From NCBI GenBank assembly GCA_937124495.1, contig CAKZKZ010000535.1, forward strand, positions 1 through 34,895: DNA of 34,895 bases, given 5' to 3'. This DNA is from an uncultured Dokdonia sp. Its GTDB lineage: Bacteria > Bacteroidota > Bacteroidia > Flavobacteriales > Flavobacteriaceae. Numbering within the stretch: position 1 is the first letter of the stretch; each line of letters begins with the position of its first letter. Below, piece by piece: positions 1-9,990 of this stretch. The position numbers were made by a program, and so were the translations under genes. The notes under the pieces are model-generated. The model did no database searches, was not told where the DNA came from, and worked only from the letters and a program-made list of their open reading frames with translations.

Positions 1-912
1 TTCTGGTACCCAATAATAAATCGCTTTTACTTTATCTATTTCTGATGTTTGCGAGGCAATAAGATCATTGGTAATGATCACTAACTCGTCATCCAGTTCT
101 TCTTGGTTAATATCTTTTACAAGAGAGTAATACCAGTTATATAGGTCTTTTACGTCTTTTAACACGGCGATTTCTTCATTTTTGCTTTGGTATGAAGATA
201 TAATGGGCATGATATGCGGAAGTATTGTTTTTGGGCTAGGGCCGTTATCTTCGAGGTCATAGGCTTCTTGATTTTCTATTTCCCAAGTATAAATTTTTCT
301 GCCTCTTTTTTCGCTTTCGCGAAAGCGTACACCAACTCCTTCCATATTGAATTTTTCAAAGCGTAAGTTGATGTCTTTGTCTACTGTAATCTCTACTTTT
401 TGATTCACAAGTGGGTATACATTACCAAAATAAACAGGCGATAAAAATCTAGGATTGGTAATAGATGTGGTGTAATTTAATTTTTTTATAGCTCCTTGTT
501 GAAGCTTAGGATATAGAAAATTGACAGATTTTGTATCATCATAAAATGATTCGCTTAATTCATCTTTACGTACAAAATCTTCCACTTCATATTCACGGTA
601 TTTTTTACCGTCATAGACGAGAGAGGAAGCTTCTATTTTATCTAATAGAAAGAAAGAGGAATACTCAACAGATTCTTCTGTAGCAAATTGTGCTGTTTCA
701 TTTAGTAAGAGATCTTCTTCTTCTATCGTTTGTGAGATTTTTATTTGATTATCTTCTATTGAGATATCAATAAACCGTTGTGAAGTAAGTCTTGCTAGGT
801 ACTCATCAGGATATGCATTTTTATATTTTTTAAATTCTGGTGACTCTTGAGCGGTACTAAAAGAGGTCATGCCCAGCATGCATAATAGCAGGAATATACT
901 AATATATCTCAT
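1..912 (-). CDS. DUF3857 / transglutaminase-like domain protein, 5' part (runs off the window's left edge)
   Basis: Not in the ORF track. Read by hand from ATG at 912: MRYISIFLLLCMLGMTSFSTAQESPEF...SFYDDTKSVNFLYPKLQQGA...IYTWE...DKVKAIYYWVPE, open to position 1. Has a signal peptide; 'FYDD...P.L..GA' and 'KVKAIYYWV' are typical of DUF3857-transglutaminase proteins. Starts 2 nt past the stop of the upstream gene. Confidence 0.8.
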   Translation of the reverse strand, partial: MRYISIFLLLCMLGMTSFSTAQESPEFKKYKNAYPDEYLARLTSQRFIDISIEDNQIKISQTIEEEDLLLNETAQFATEESVEYSSFFLLDKIEASSLVYDGKKYREYEVEDFVRKDELSESFYDDTKSVNFLYPKLQQGAIKKLNYTTSITNPRFLSPVYFGNVYPLVNQKVEITVDKDINLRFEKFNMEGVGVRFRESEKRGRKIYTWEIENQEAYDLEDNGPSPKTILPHIMPIISSYQSKNEEIAVLKDVKDLYNWYYSLVKDINQEELDDELVIITNDLIASQTSEIDKVKAIYYWVPE

Positions 913-913
913 A

Positions 914-3900
914 TCAAAAAGTTTGTGATTTAACGATTTCTTCGTCAAAATAGTATTCTGTTTTTGTTTTCTTCCCTTGTTCATCATAATAGTGGGCATC
1001 TCCAGATCGTTCGTCATTTTTGTAATTAAATACGGATTTAATCGTACCATTAGGGTAGTAATTTTTTTCTGTTCCTTGCTTGTATCCGTAGATGTATTCA
1101 GTTTCTGTTTTTAAAGTTCCATCAGGGAAATAGGTATATGCTGTCCCATGATATTGATCATCTACATTGGTATGTTTACGTTCTAGATTTCCGTTTTCAT
1201 AATAGGCTGTGTATACTCCTTGAATATCTCCTTTGTCATAGTTCATTTCTCTAGCAATTTTTCCGTTAGGATAATAAGAGGTTATCTTTCCAGTACCATT
1301 AGGTAATGGGATCATAGGGAGTTCTTTCCCATCTTTGTCTAGATAACTATATCCTATCAACTTTCCTTGATCATAAAATCTGATAAGTTGTAAAGTGCCT
1401 TTTTCTCTTCCAAAAAATGTGCGCGGTCCGTGTATTTTATTATTTACGTAGGTAATCTCTCCAATTTTAATTCCCTTTTCATTATACTCTTCTGAAATAC
1501 CTTCTGCTTGCCCGTTTTGATAATTAATAACATCTTCTACTTGCCCATTTTTATAATAGGTTTTATAGATTCCATCAAGGTTGTTCGAAAGATAGGTTTT
1601 TTCTGTTTTTAAAGTCCCATCAGGGTAATATAGTTTAAAAGCACCCTCTTGATTGTTATTTACATAGGTGCCTTCTGCTAAGCGATTGCCATAAAAATCA
1701 TACGCAATATAGTTGCCGTGTATCACACCATTACTGTATTTATATTTTGAATCTACTTTTCCATTTGAATAATGGTATATAATCTCATCATTTTCTGCTT
1801 TAAAGCGATCTATTTTTTCTGTAATATTCCCTTTTTGGTCATAATATGTCTCAGAAAGTGCTACATCATATTTATAGACTAACTCACTAGATAATTGTCC
1901 ATTAGGGGCATAGTATTTTTGAGTGCCGTTTAGTTCGCCTTTATGATAATAGTTTTGGATTTTTATATTTCCATCTGGGTAATAGATGTACCAAAAACCG
2001 TCTTTACTTCCTTGGTCATTATAATACCCTTGTGTTTTTATTTGTCCAAATGGATAATAAGAAACGCCATATCCCGTAACAACATCATCTACATACGTAT
2101 TCATATCTGCTACATTTCCATTAGCGTACCATACTTTATATGCTCCTTGAGATAGGTTTTCTGTGTACGTACCTTGATTACTAATTCTACCGTATTTATC
2201 ATAATAAACCCAAGGGCCCATTTTTCCACCTTTAATATCATATAATCCTTTTGAAGTAAGCGTACCGTCTCCCATAAAGCCTTTGTAGTCTAAATCACCG
2301 CTTTTCTTTTTCTGAGATTCAATGACCGTGCCATCTTTGGCATAATACGTATACTCCTTGATCAATCCATTACGATATAAAAAGTTACTTAGAAGCTTTC
2401 CGTTTATATCATAAGATAGAAAAGGGCCATCTAATTTTCCGTTTTCATATATAGCTTCTTCGTATAATATCTCATTTGTGTAGTAATTTTTCCAGGCACC
2501 TTCATTTACTCCTTTTGCATAGGCGCCTGTAGACTCTAATTTCCCGGAAGGGTGATATGTTTTATAAGAGCCTTCATATTCTCCATCTTTAAAAGTAGCT
2601 TCTGAAGCAAGTTTTCCATTAGGATGATATATTTTTTCAATCCCTTGTTTTGTACCATTCTTAAATGTTACTTCTTGTGCTAATACCCCTGTAGCATAAT
2701 ACTCCTTAAAAGGGCCCTCATACTTTCCATTTTTCATGAGGTATTCATATTTTATGAGACTCTCATCTGCTTCATGAAAATGTTGTCTCACCCCATTCAT
2801 TTCTCCGTTTTTATAGGTGCGCTTTTCTAAAGGGGCTCCGTAGATAGAGTATGAATAATAGGTGTCTTCTAGTTTCCCATCTTTAAATTGTACGATAAGG
2901 CTCTTATTCCCATTATCGTGGTAAAAATTATATGATCCTTGTTCAAGCCCTTTAACATAGGTGCCTTGCTCTTTTAATTCTCCGTTTTCATGATACCATT
3001 CCCAATCTCCCTCTCGTTCTCCATTAATAAAGTTTCCTCTGGCAATAATTCTTCCAGAAATATCATAATACACCCATTTTCCTGTAGGAGTATCTTCTTT
3101 TAAAATGGCCCCTTCTCCAGCGATGATACCGTCTACATAATTATAGGTAACCGTTTCTTTTTTTCCATTCTCTTCCTTTACAGTATTAGAGCTAATAATA
3201 TCAACCCATTTTTGATATGCTATGGGAAGAAAAGCTTTAATATCTTCAGTCTTTTTTGAAATTATTTTCTTGTATTCTTCATTTTCAATAGCATACGCTG
3301 TCGTATAAGATAGCTCATCAAAATAATTATTTTCCTGAATCCAATTGAAAAATGGAATCACCTTCTGACTCCATAATACAGATGTACCTTCAAAAGATTC
3401 TTCTTTTAATTGATTTAATAATGCATGGGTTTGTTTTGTAAAGCCAATATTGAGATCATTAGGAATTTTGTAGTCCTTTTGAAGCGCAAGTTTACTTTCT
3501 ATAATAAGGTCTTGTGTTTCAAATAAATCATCATCGGGAGTAATAGGAAATATTTTTTCTTTAGCGTCAAGACCACTCACCATTTCATTTGCTACTTGTA
3601 AAACAGCAAAAGAGTTTTCATTATCAGGAGCAAATAGAAGATATAAGTTGAATAATAGAAGAGCTTGCGCTTTTTTGTTTTGTCTTCTATACATATTCCC
3701 AAGGTTTAACATGGTGTTTTCGTATAATGGACTCGATTCTAATGTGCGCATTAAATTATTAAATGCTTCTTGAGGTTCTTCTAGTTTTTGATTTATAATC
3801 GCTAAATTATTACGTAGTTCATAATTTCTAGGGAATTCTTCAAGACCTTGTAGGTATGTTTTTTTAGCAAGGTCATAAGATTCTAAATTTTCATAACAAA

Positions 3901-4222
3901 TTCCTTTATTGATATAAAAACCTAATCTGCTATTTGTCGCACCTTCTAGTTGAAGTCCTTTTTCTATGGTCGCAATGGCATCTTCATATTTTTCTTGAGC
4001 AATTTGATAATATGATATCGTGACAAAAGAGTTATTGTAGAGAGAGTCGTTAGGGCTTATTTTTTGTAAAGCAATGATGGCATCATCTATTTTTTCTTGG
4101 TTTATGAATTCGGATGCTTTTTTAAGAATTTCTACACCACTCTCGTAAGCTATTTTTTCTTGAGCATCTATAGCTAAAAAAGAAAATAAGGAAAGTAATA
4201 GTAAAAGATAGTTTTTGACCAT
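914..4222 (-). CDS. Exported protein with N-terminal TPRs and many MORN-variant (MORN_2/YwqK-like) repeats
   Basis: Signal peptide; TPR-like helices at about aa 30-200; the C-terminal two-thirds is made of G.W..Y..NG.L..EG.Y.NG repeats. Confidence 0.85.
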   Translation of the reverse strand: MVKNYLLLLLSLFSFLAIDAQEKIAYESGVEILKKASEFINQEKIDDAIIALQKISPNDSLYNNSFVTISYYQIAQEKYEDAIATIEKGLQLEGATNSRLGFYINKGICYENLESYDLAKKTYLQGLEEFPRNYELRNNLAIINQKLEEPQEAFNNLMRTLESSPLYENTMLNLGNMYRRQNKKAQALLLFNLYLLFAPDNENSFAVLQVANEMVSGLDAKEKIFPITPDDDLFETQDLIIESKLALQKDYKIPNDLNIGFTKQTHALLNQLKEESFEGTSVLWSQKVIPFFNWIQENNYFDELSYTTAYAIENEEYKKIISKKTEDIKAFLPIAYQKWVDIISSNTVKEENGKKETVTYNYVDGIIAGEGAILKEDTPTGKWVYYDISGRIIARGNFINGEREGDWEWYHENGELKEQGTYVKGLEQGSYNFYHDNGNKSLIVQFKDGKLEDTYYSYSIYGAPLEKRTYKNGEMNGVRQHFHEADESLIKYEYLMKNGKYEGPFKEYYATGVLAQEVTFKNGTKQGIEKIYHPNGKLASEATFKDGEYEGSYKTYHPSGKLESTGAYAKGVNEGAWKNYYTNEILYEEAIYENGKLDGPFLSYDINGKLLSNFLYRNGLIKEYTYYAKDGTVIESQKKKSGDLDYKGFMGDGTLTSKGLYDIKGGKMGPWVYYDKYGRISNQGTYTENLSQGAYKVWYANGNVADMNTYVDDVVTGYGVSYYPFGQIKTQGYYNDQGSKDGFWYIYYPDGNIKIQNYYHKGELNGTQKYYAPNGQLSSELVYKYDVALSETYYDQKGNITEKIDRFKAENDEIIYHYSNGKVDSKYKYSNGVIHGNYIAYDFYGNRLAEGTYVNNNQEGAFKLYYPDGTLKTEKTYLSNNLDGIYKTYYKNGQVEDVINYQNGQAEGISEEYNEKGIKIGEITYVNNKIHGPRTFFGREKGTLQLIRFYDQGKLIGYSYLDKDGKELPMIPLPNGTGKITSYYPNGKIAREMNYDKGDIQGVYTAYYENGNLERKHTNVDDQYHGTAYTYFPDGTLKTETEYIYGYKQGTEKNYYPNGTIKSVFNYKNDERSGDAHYYDEQGKKTKTEYYFDEEIVKSQTF

Positions 4223-4327
4223 GGTCTAAAAATTAATAGAAATGTCAAAATACTAAAAAAACCTAATGTGTTATCAATAAATAACAGCATTTTAAGATAG
4301 AAGACTATGTGAATGAAACCTGTATAA

Positions 4328-5641
4328 TTACCTAGGTTGATTAATTAATCTATAAATTAAAATAGCGGTACGTTTTGTAAGCATTTCAATGGTGTTAAGA
4401 TTCACAGTCTCAGAGGGAGTATGTGCTCCAGTTCCCATGGTTCCTAATCCATCTAAGCATGCAACATATTCAGCTACAAAAGAGACATCTGCAGCGCCTC
4501 TTTTACCAGGGTCATATCCTTCTACTTTAGGTTGTCCAAGATCTTGACTTACTTGGCTTAAAACATCAAGAAGTTTATAGTTTTCTGGAGTAGGTTTCAT
4601 AGCTGGGTAGCTATCTTGGAACTCGATTTTTGCACTTGTATGCGGGAGATTATTTGCTGCGATTTCTCGCATTTTAGCGCGTGCACGTTCTTTTTGTTCT
4701 TCAGAGATAAACCGAAGACCTCCTTGTGCATATGCAGTTTGTGCAACGACATTTCCTTTTCCAAAAATAGCACCTTTACTTTCTTGGGCTTGTAAATCCA
4801 TCGAGGTACCTCCTAGCATCATTCCCGGATTAAAGGTGAGTAATTCTTCCCCTCGCACATCGGTATAAAATTGATGTAGTATTCGAGCCAATTCAAAATT
4901 GGCACCTGCACCTGTATATTCACTAAAAATTCCAGAAGAATGCGCTCTTTTTCCTGTGATGATGACTTTCCAGTTGGAAGATCCTCGTCGAGCTACAGTA
5001 GCATTATCAAACCCAGTAGAAGTTTCAAATCCTAATGCAATATCGCTTTGTTTGGCAGCATCGATTAATGATTTTCTACTGATGCTTATAGGTTTACCTG
5101 TGCTTTCTTCATCTCCTGTAAAAGCCACAGTGATTTGAGTGTCTTTAAGTAGTCCAGCTTCATACAATGCTTTTAAGGCATATAATACGACGACATTTCC
5201 ACCTTTCATATCATTAGCTCCGGGACCTTTGGCAATAGAGTCATTGACCATTTCAAATTGTTGGAACTCACTATCCTTTTCAAAAACGGTGTCTAGGTGT
5301 CCTATGAGTAATAGTCGCTTTCCTTTATCTCCTTTTGTAGAAGCAAATAAATGCCCTGCACGCTTCATCTCTGATGGCATAGCGATCCATTCTGTATCAA
5401 ACTCGATGTTTTGAAATGCTTTTGTGAAGACAGCACCTACTTCTTTGACCCCTTCTACATTCAGTGTCCCGCTATTGATATTGACCACTTTTTCTAGAAA
5501 TTGAATGGCTTCAGGGTTATTCTTAACGACGTTAGCAACAAGTTGTTGCTCTTGTGTTGAGAGTTGTTGCGCTTTCGCGAAAGCGGATAAAAAAAGAAAC
5601 CCAATAAATAGTATAGAAGTAATAAAACGAGAGCGTAGCAT
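4328..5641 (-). CDS. M20/M25/M40 metallopeptidase (glutamate carboxypeptidase-like), secreted
   Basis: GHLDTVF, GPGANDMKGG, GDEE, FE and GAHTPSE metal-binding motifs; signal peptide ending AFAKA. Confidence 0.9.
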   Translation of the reverse strand: MLRSRFITSILFIGFLFLSAFAKAQQLSTQEQQLVANVVKNNPEAIQFLEKVVNINSGTLNVEGVKEVGAVFTKAFQNIEFDTEWIAMPSEMKRAGHLFASTKGDKGKRLLLIGHLDTVFEKDSEFQQFEMVNDSIAKGPGANDMKGGNVVVLYALKALYEAGLLKDTQITVAFTGDEESTGKPISISRKSLIDAAKQSDIALGFETSTGFDNATVARRGSSNWKVIITGKRAHSSGIFSEYTGAGANFELARILHQFYTDVRGEELLTFNPGMMLGGTSMDLQAQESKGAIFGKGNVVAQTAYAQGGLRFISEEQKERARAKMREIAANNLPHTSAKIEFQDSYPAMKPTPENYKLLDVLSQVSQDLGQPKVEGYDPGKRGAADVSFVAEYVACLDGLGTMGTGAHTPSETVNLNTIEMLTKRTAILIYRLINQPR

Positions 5642-5681
5642 AGGTGATAACGTATGGTTGATACCACAAGGTACGGAAACT
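5570..5681. repeat. Left copy of a 112-bp direct repeat (att-like); contains the first 24 codons and 40 nt of upstream sequence of the M20 peptidase
   Basis: Matches 17783-17894 at 111/112 positions (A5607 vs G17820); begins with CGCTTTCGCGAAAGCG. Confidence 0.95.
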
Positions 5682-5713
5682 AACGAATCAAAGAGAAACT
5701 GAAGTAATTCTAT

Positions 5714-6676
5714 TTAAATAATATTATTTTTTACCATCACCCAATAGGATTTCCCTAAAGCGGTTAGTTTACAAGACCTTTTATACATAGCCGCGTGATA
5801 CATATGAGTAGCATCTATAGGAACAACAAGATTTACGCGATTATATTTCTGAAGGACAGCAAATTTTTTTACATTTTCTGGATCAGGGTTTTTGCTTTCA
5901 GGTTCATAAGAGGGATCTAGTTCGTAATGTGTATTAGGGCCTTCATCAAATAATTTGGTCATTTCTCGTAATTCATTTCTTTTAATTTGTGTATTGACTC
6001 TTCTAAGATTTGCATAGCGTCTTATGTTTGTCATAAACAAAGGGCGTTGACCTTTTTCTCCCATAGCTTTGTCTATATATCCATAGATATTCCCAGCAGA
6101 GATCTCTCCTAGAATATTGGCTGCTCCACCTTCAAGGGCATGTATAAGAAGACTTGTAAATATGCCTTCTCCATTCTTTTCTGAAGAATATTGATCTGCT
6201 GCAGAAGCTGAAAGTATTGTAACCCCTTCTGCTATTGAACTCAAAGCAGTATTTGTTGGGTTTCTGCCAAGTCCTCCAGAATGACAGCAGTCAAGTATAA
6301 TAATTCTATTATTTGCTGGAGAATTATTTGCCATAGTCAAGATGTCATTCATAGAAACTCCTTGATCTCCTCTTTCATTCTCAGAAGTAATTAAATACCC
6401 TCCTGTATTTTCTATATATCCATGCCCTGCAAAATAGAATAAAGATATTTCTCTTGGATATTTAAAGAGTTCTTCTATTCGATCTCTCAAGGTATCTTTA
6501 GTAATAGTATTGGTTTCTGTTGTTAATAATTCGATATTAAAATTTTTTTCTCTTTCATCAGTATGGTCATGTCGTTCTAAAACGCGTTCTACTTCTAAAG
6601 CGTCGTGTACGCATCCTCCTAAATTACTGGCATGTTCATAATTGTTTATACCTACAATAAGTGCTCTTCTTGACAT
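5714..6676 (-). CDS. Caspase-family (peptidase C14) protease with a small C-terminal domain; resembles type IV Thoeris caspase-like effectors
   Basis: ALIVGINNY, LGGCVHDA, FYFAGHG (His85), IILDCCHSG (Cys131), GIFTSLLIHALEG, QRP; ~85-aa tail LDPSYEPE...LQKYNRVNLVVP...HMYHAAM...SCKLTALG. The Thoeris IV resemblance is from recall only. Confidence 0.9.
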   Translation of the reverse strand: MSRRALIVGINNYEHASNLGGCVHDALEVERVLERHDHTDEREKNFNIELLTTETNTITKDTLRDRIEELFKYPREISLFYFAGHGYIENTGGYLITSENERGDQGVSMNDILTMANNSPANNRIIILDCCHSGGLGRNPTNTALSSIAEGVTILSASAADQYSSEKNGEGIFTSLLIHALEGGAANILGEISAGNIYGYIDKAMGEKGQRPLFMTNIRRYANLRRVNTQIKRNELREMTKLFDEGPNTHYELDPSYEPESKNPDPENVKKFAVLQKYNRVNLVVPIDATHMYHAAMYKRSCKLTALGKSYWVMVKNNII

Positions 6677-6758
6677 AATTTTATGATGGTTTGATTTACA
6701 ATTACAAATTTGAAAACTCTTAGGTAAAGGTCATCCATTATATCTATGGATTTCTGTA

Positions 6759-6774
6759 TCCTCAAAAATGAGGA
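6759..6774. promoter_or_regulatory. 16-bp palindromic operator candidate TCCTCA-AAAA-TGAGGA
   Basis: Perfect inverted repeat in the divergent caspase/peptide intergenic region; near-copy at 9991-10006. A second palindrome, ATCCAT-N7-ATGGAT, lies at 6733-6751. Confidence 0.55.
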
Positions 6775-6856
6775 GGTAAAAACGGTTGTTTATGATGAAG
6801 TATAGTGTGTATTATAAGGAGATTTTTGTATCGTTAACTTTTAAAAACCAATCAAG

Positions 6857-7042
6857 ATGAAAATTAAGGAAGAGAAGACAATTTCAAAAGAAACAGAAAA
6901 AAATGAAGGTACTCCTACACCAACTCCTACGGGAGGAACACCTAAACCTAAACCTAAAGCAGATACTCCGATAGAAATAATAAGACCAGGAGGAGATGAT
7001 CCCAAAGGAATTAATAATAATAAATCTTTTAATTCAAAATAA
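6857..7042 (+). CDS. 61-aa Pro/Thr/Gly-rich small peptide upstream of a TPR histidine kinase
   Basis: A-rich leader (aaaaccaatcaagATG), TPTPTP/PKPKPK low-complexity sequence, followed by its own terminator-like hairpin. Confidence 0.6.
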   Translation: MKIKEEKTISKETEKNEGTPTPTPTGGTPKPKPKADTPIEIIRPGGDDPKGINNNKSFNSK

Positions 7043-7067
7043 AGATAAGTATTATATTCTGATTATC

Positions 7068-7106
7068 AAGGTTTTATTATATTTAGTGATATGGTAAAGC
7101 CTTTTT
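7068..7106 (+). terminator. Probable intrinsic terminator/attenuator between the peptide and the kinase
   Basis: AAGGTTTTATTAT...ATGGTAAAGCCTT stem (G-U pairs on the + strand) followed by Ts. Confidence 0.55.
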
Positions 7107-7138
7107 ATTTTGTTAAACTCCCTCTTAGTTTTTTAACT

Positions 7139-9280
7139 ATGTCTTATTCAATTTTTATCAATTCTTTTTTTATAATAATTATATCTTTTTCTTGTTTTGG
7201 TCAGAATCAAAGAGTAATTGACAGTTTACTATTGGAAATTACCCAAAGGCCTAATGATGAATTAAAAGTACAAGCATTTAATGATCTTGCTTGGGAGCAT
7301 ATAAGATCTAATTCTACAGAGGCGATAGGCTATGCTAAAAAAGCTATATCATTAAGTGAAGAGTTAAATTATGAAAGAGGAGAATTGGAAGGTATTAATA
7401 GATTAGGAACTATTGCTTTTCAACAAAAAGAATATAATGTTGCTATTAAATATTATAAAGACCTCCTAAAAAAAGAAAAAAAACTAAAATATCAACATGG
7501 TATTGGTCGTGCTCAAAGTCAACTTTCTAATATTTATTATAAAAAAGGAGATTTAGATAATGCTTTACGATATGCAGAAGAGAGTTTAAAAGTATTTAGG
7601 AATACAAATACAGAAAATAAGGATACTTCGATAGCGACAGTTTTAAGTACTATAGGATCTATTTATACAGATATGGGGTTTTATGATAATGCAATTAAAA
7701 ACTTACTGCAAAGCCTTGAGACAAGAGAAAAATTAGGAGATGAAGTTGAAATAGCAAAGACTTTATCTAAACTAGGAATTCTTAGTATTTCTATTAAAGA
7801 ATACCTAGAAGCAAAAAAATACTTAATAAAAAGTCTTGCTATTTCTTTAAAAAAAGAAGATAAATTTGCGATTGCAAGAACATATAATAATTTAGGAATT
7901 GTTGCATATCATTTAGGAGTTTATGATGACGCTAAAGAGTATTATAATAAATCTTTGACACTAAAAACGGATCTCGATATACTAGAAAATGATTGGTTGA
8001 TATATAATAACTTAGGAACATTAGATTTGGATCTTAATAACTTAGATAGTGCATTATCTAATTTCCGTAAAGCAGAACAAATACTAAAAAAACAAAATAT
8101 TGTACATCAAATTGAGGTTCCTCTCAATATTGGGGTTGTTTTTCATCGTCAGAAAAAATATCAAGACGCTATTACTTATTATATGAATGCTTTACAGATA
8201 GCTGATAAAAGTTATATTACAGAAATTAAGATTCTTAATAATTTACAATTATGTTATACAGAAATTAATGATTTTGAGCGAGCACTTACTTATAGTCAGC
8301 GAACCTTACAAGTAAATGATAGCCTTGTAAAAGAAAAAAGAAAGGCAATTCAACGATTAACTGACTATGAAAAGCAGATTGAATTATTAGGAAAAGATAA
8401 TAAGATTAAAGAAGGCGAGAATAAGTTTAGAAGCCTTTTAAATTATGGATTAGCTATTGGATTGTTAGTTGTAGGATTATTGTTTTTTGTTATATCGCGA
8501 AATAAAAAACAACGTCAAAAAATAAAATTTGCACAACAGCAAACAGAAATTGAAAAACAAAAAGCCACAGTAGCTATACAAAATCAAGAAATTGAAAAAC
8601 AAAAAGCACAAGCATTATTAGATAGTCACGAGTTACGTTTTAATCAAGCGCGTCTTGAGGGGCAAGAAAAAGAACGCACACGTATAGCTAAAGATTTGCA
8701 TGACAGATTAGGAAGTATGCTCTCTATGGTTAAGGTTCATTATAAATCTGTAGAAGAACAGTTGGATACATTAAAAGATACGAATCAAAAACAATATGAG
8801 AAAGCGAACACCTTACTTGATGAAGCCTGTGAAGAAGTACGGAAAATTGCAAACGATATTAATTCTGGTACACTTTCTAAATTTGGTTTAATTGCAGCCT
8901 TAGAAGATTTGACAATGAGTTTAAATGAAAGTAAGCATATTACAGCAGATCTTACTATTCATGGTATTGATACACAGCTGGATGCTGATACTGAGATTGA
9001 GATCTATAGAATTATTCAAGAGCTTATCCATAATATTTTAAAACACGCTTTCGCGAAAGAAGTAAGCATTCAATTACTTCAAGGTGAAAAAGGTTTAAAT
9101 ATAATGGTAGAGGATGATGGTGTTGGATTTATGTATGATACAGAAAATATAACAGGCATGGGGTTGAAAAATGTAGCTTCTAGAGTAGAAAAATTGGAAG
9201 GAGAACTTCAAGTAGATTCTACGCTTAATAATGGAACCACCATTATGATTGATATCCCAATTAATGATATAAATATATAA
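7139..9280 (+). CDS. TPR-repeat sensor histidine kinase (HisKA_3 + HATPase_c)
   Basis: Signal-like N-terminus, many TPRs, TM segment (GLAIGLLVVGLLFFVI), ERTRIAKDLHD H-box, ELIHNILKHA, EDDGVGF, GMGL. Start 7139 preferred because ATG 7091 lies inside the hairpin. Confidence 0.9.
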   Translation: MSYSIFINSFFIIIISFSCFGQNQRVIDSLLLEITQRPNDELKVQAFNDLAWEHIRSNSTEAIGYAKKAISLSEELNYERGELEGINRLGTIAFQQKEYNVAIKYYKDLLKKEKKLKYQHGIGRAQSQLSNIYYKKGDLDNALRYAEESLKVFRNTNTENKDTSIATVLSTIGSIYTDMGFYDNAIKNLLQSLETREKLGDEVEIAKTLSKLGILSISIKEYLEAKKYLIKSLAISLKKEDKFAIARTYNNLGIVAYHLGVYDDAKEYYNKSLTLKTDLDILENDWLIYNNLGTLDLDLNNLDSALSNFRKAEQILKKQNIVHQIEVPLNIGVVFHRQKKYQDAITYYMNALQIADKSYITEIKILNNLQLCYTEINDFERALTYSQRTLQVNDSLVKEKRKAIQRLTDYEKQIELLGKDNKIKEGENKFRSLLNYGLAIGLLVVGLLFFVISRNKKQRQKIKFAQQQTEIEKQKATVAIQNQEIEKQKAQALLDSHELRFNQARLEGQEKERTRIAKDLHDRLGSMLSMVKVHYKSVEEQLDTLKDTNQKQYEKANTLLDEACEEVRKIANDINSGTLSKFGLIAALEDLTMSLNESKHITADLTIHGIDTQLDADTEIEIYRIIQELIHNILKHAFAKEVSIQLLQGEKGLNIMVEDDGVGFMYDTENITGMGLKNVASRVEKLEGELQVDSTLNNGTTIMIDIPINDINI

Positions 9281-9281
9281 C

Positions 9282-9911
9282 ATGATAAAAGTAATCATAG
9301 CAGATGATCATAAAATAGTAGTAGAAGGATTACTATCACTTATTGAGCTTCATAAAGAAATTTCAGTTGTTGGGACAGCAACTCATGGAAAGGAAGTACT
9401 TCATTTATTAGAGAATAATGAAGTAGACGTTGTTGTCTTAGATATTGAAATGCCAGTAATGGATGGTGTAGAAGCCACTAAAATCATACGTAAGCAATAT
9501 CCAAATATTAAAATATTAATTCTAACTATGTATAATACCATTGGTTTTATACGAAAAATAGCAGAAACCGGAGCTCATGGATATATTCTTAAAAATAAGG
9601 GAACAGAAGAATTAATTACAGCTATACATAAAGTACACAATGGAGGAGAATATTTTGGAGAAGATGTTACAAAAACATTAATCGCAAGTATTAAAAATAA
9701 GAATATCGCTGGAGAAATTAAGCTTACAAAACGAGAGATAGAAGTTCTTAAATTACTTGTTGAAGGGAAAACAACAAAAGAAATTTCAAACATACTTACT
9801 ATTGGAGGTACTACAGTAAGTACCCATCGTAAGAATTTATTAGCAAAAACGGGTATTTCAAATACACCAGGATTAGTTCGTTTTGCTGTAAAAAATGGGT
9901 ATACTTCTTAG
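9282..9911 (+). CDS. NarL/LuxR-family response regulator
   Basis: IIADDH, VLDIEMP (phospho-Asp), GYILK; LTKREIEVLKLLVEGKTTKEIS...TVSTHRKNL HTH. Confidence 0.95.
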   Translation: MIKVIIADDHKIVVEGLLSLIELHKEISVVGTATHGKEVLHLLENNEVDVVVLDIEMPVMDGVEATKIIRKQYPNIKILILTMYNTIGFIRKIAETGAHGYILKNKGTEELITAIHKVHNGGEYFGEDVTKTLIASIKNKNIAGEIKLTKREIEVLKLLVEGKTTKEISNILTIGGTTVSTHRKNLLAKTGISNTPGLVRFAVKNGYTS

Positions 9912-9934
9912 GATGATTTAGATTAAATTAATTT

Positions 9935-9966
9935 AAAAAGAGGTGTTCTAACGACACCTCTTTTTT
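9935..9966 (+). terminator. Intrinsic terminator
   Basis: AAAAAGAGGTGT-TCTAACG-ACACCTCTTTTTT. Confidence 0.85.
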
Positions 9967-9990
9967 ACGTATTACACTTTCAATATAACA

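Noticed and set aside
914..4222. Toxin-antitoxin (YwqK antitoxin) interpretation
   Set aside because: The similarity reflects generic MORN-variant repeats; the protein is exported, 1102 aa long, and has no adjacent toxin.
7091..7138. ORF-track start of the first kinase
   Set aside because: The ATG lies within a terminator-like stem; ATG 7139 gives a normal signal-like N-terminus.
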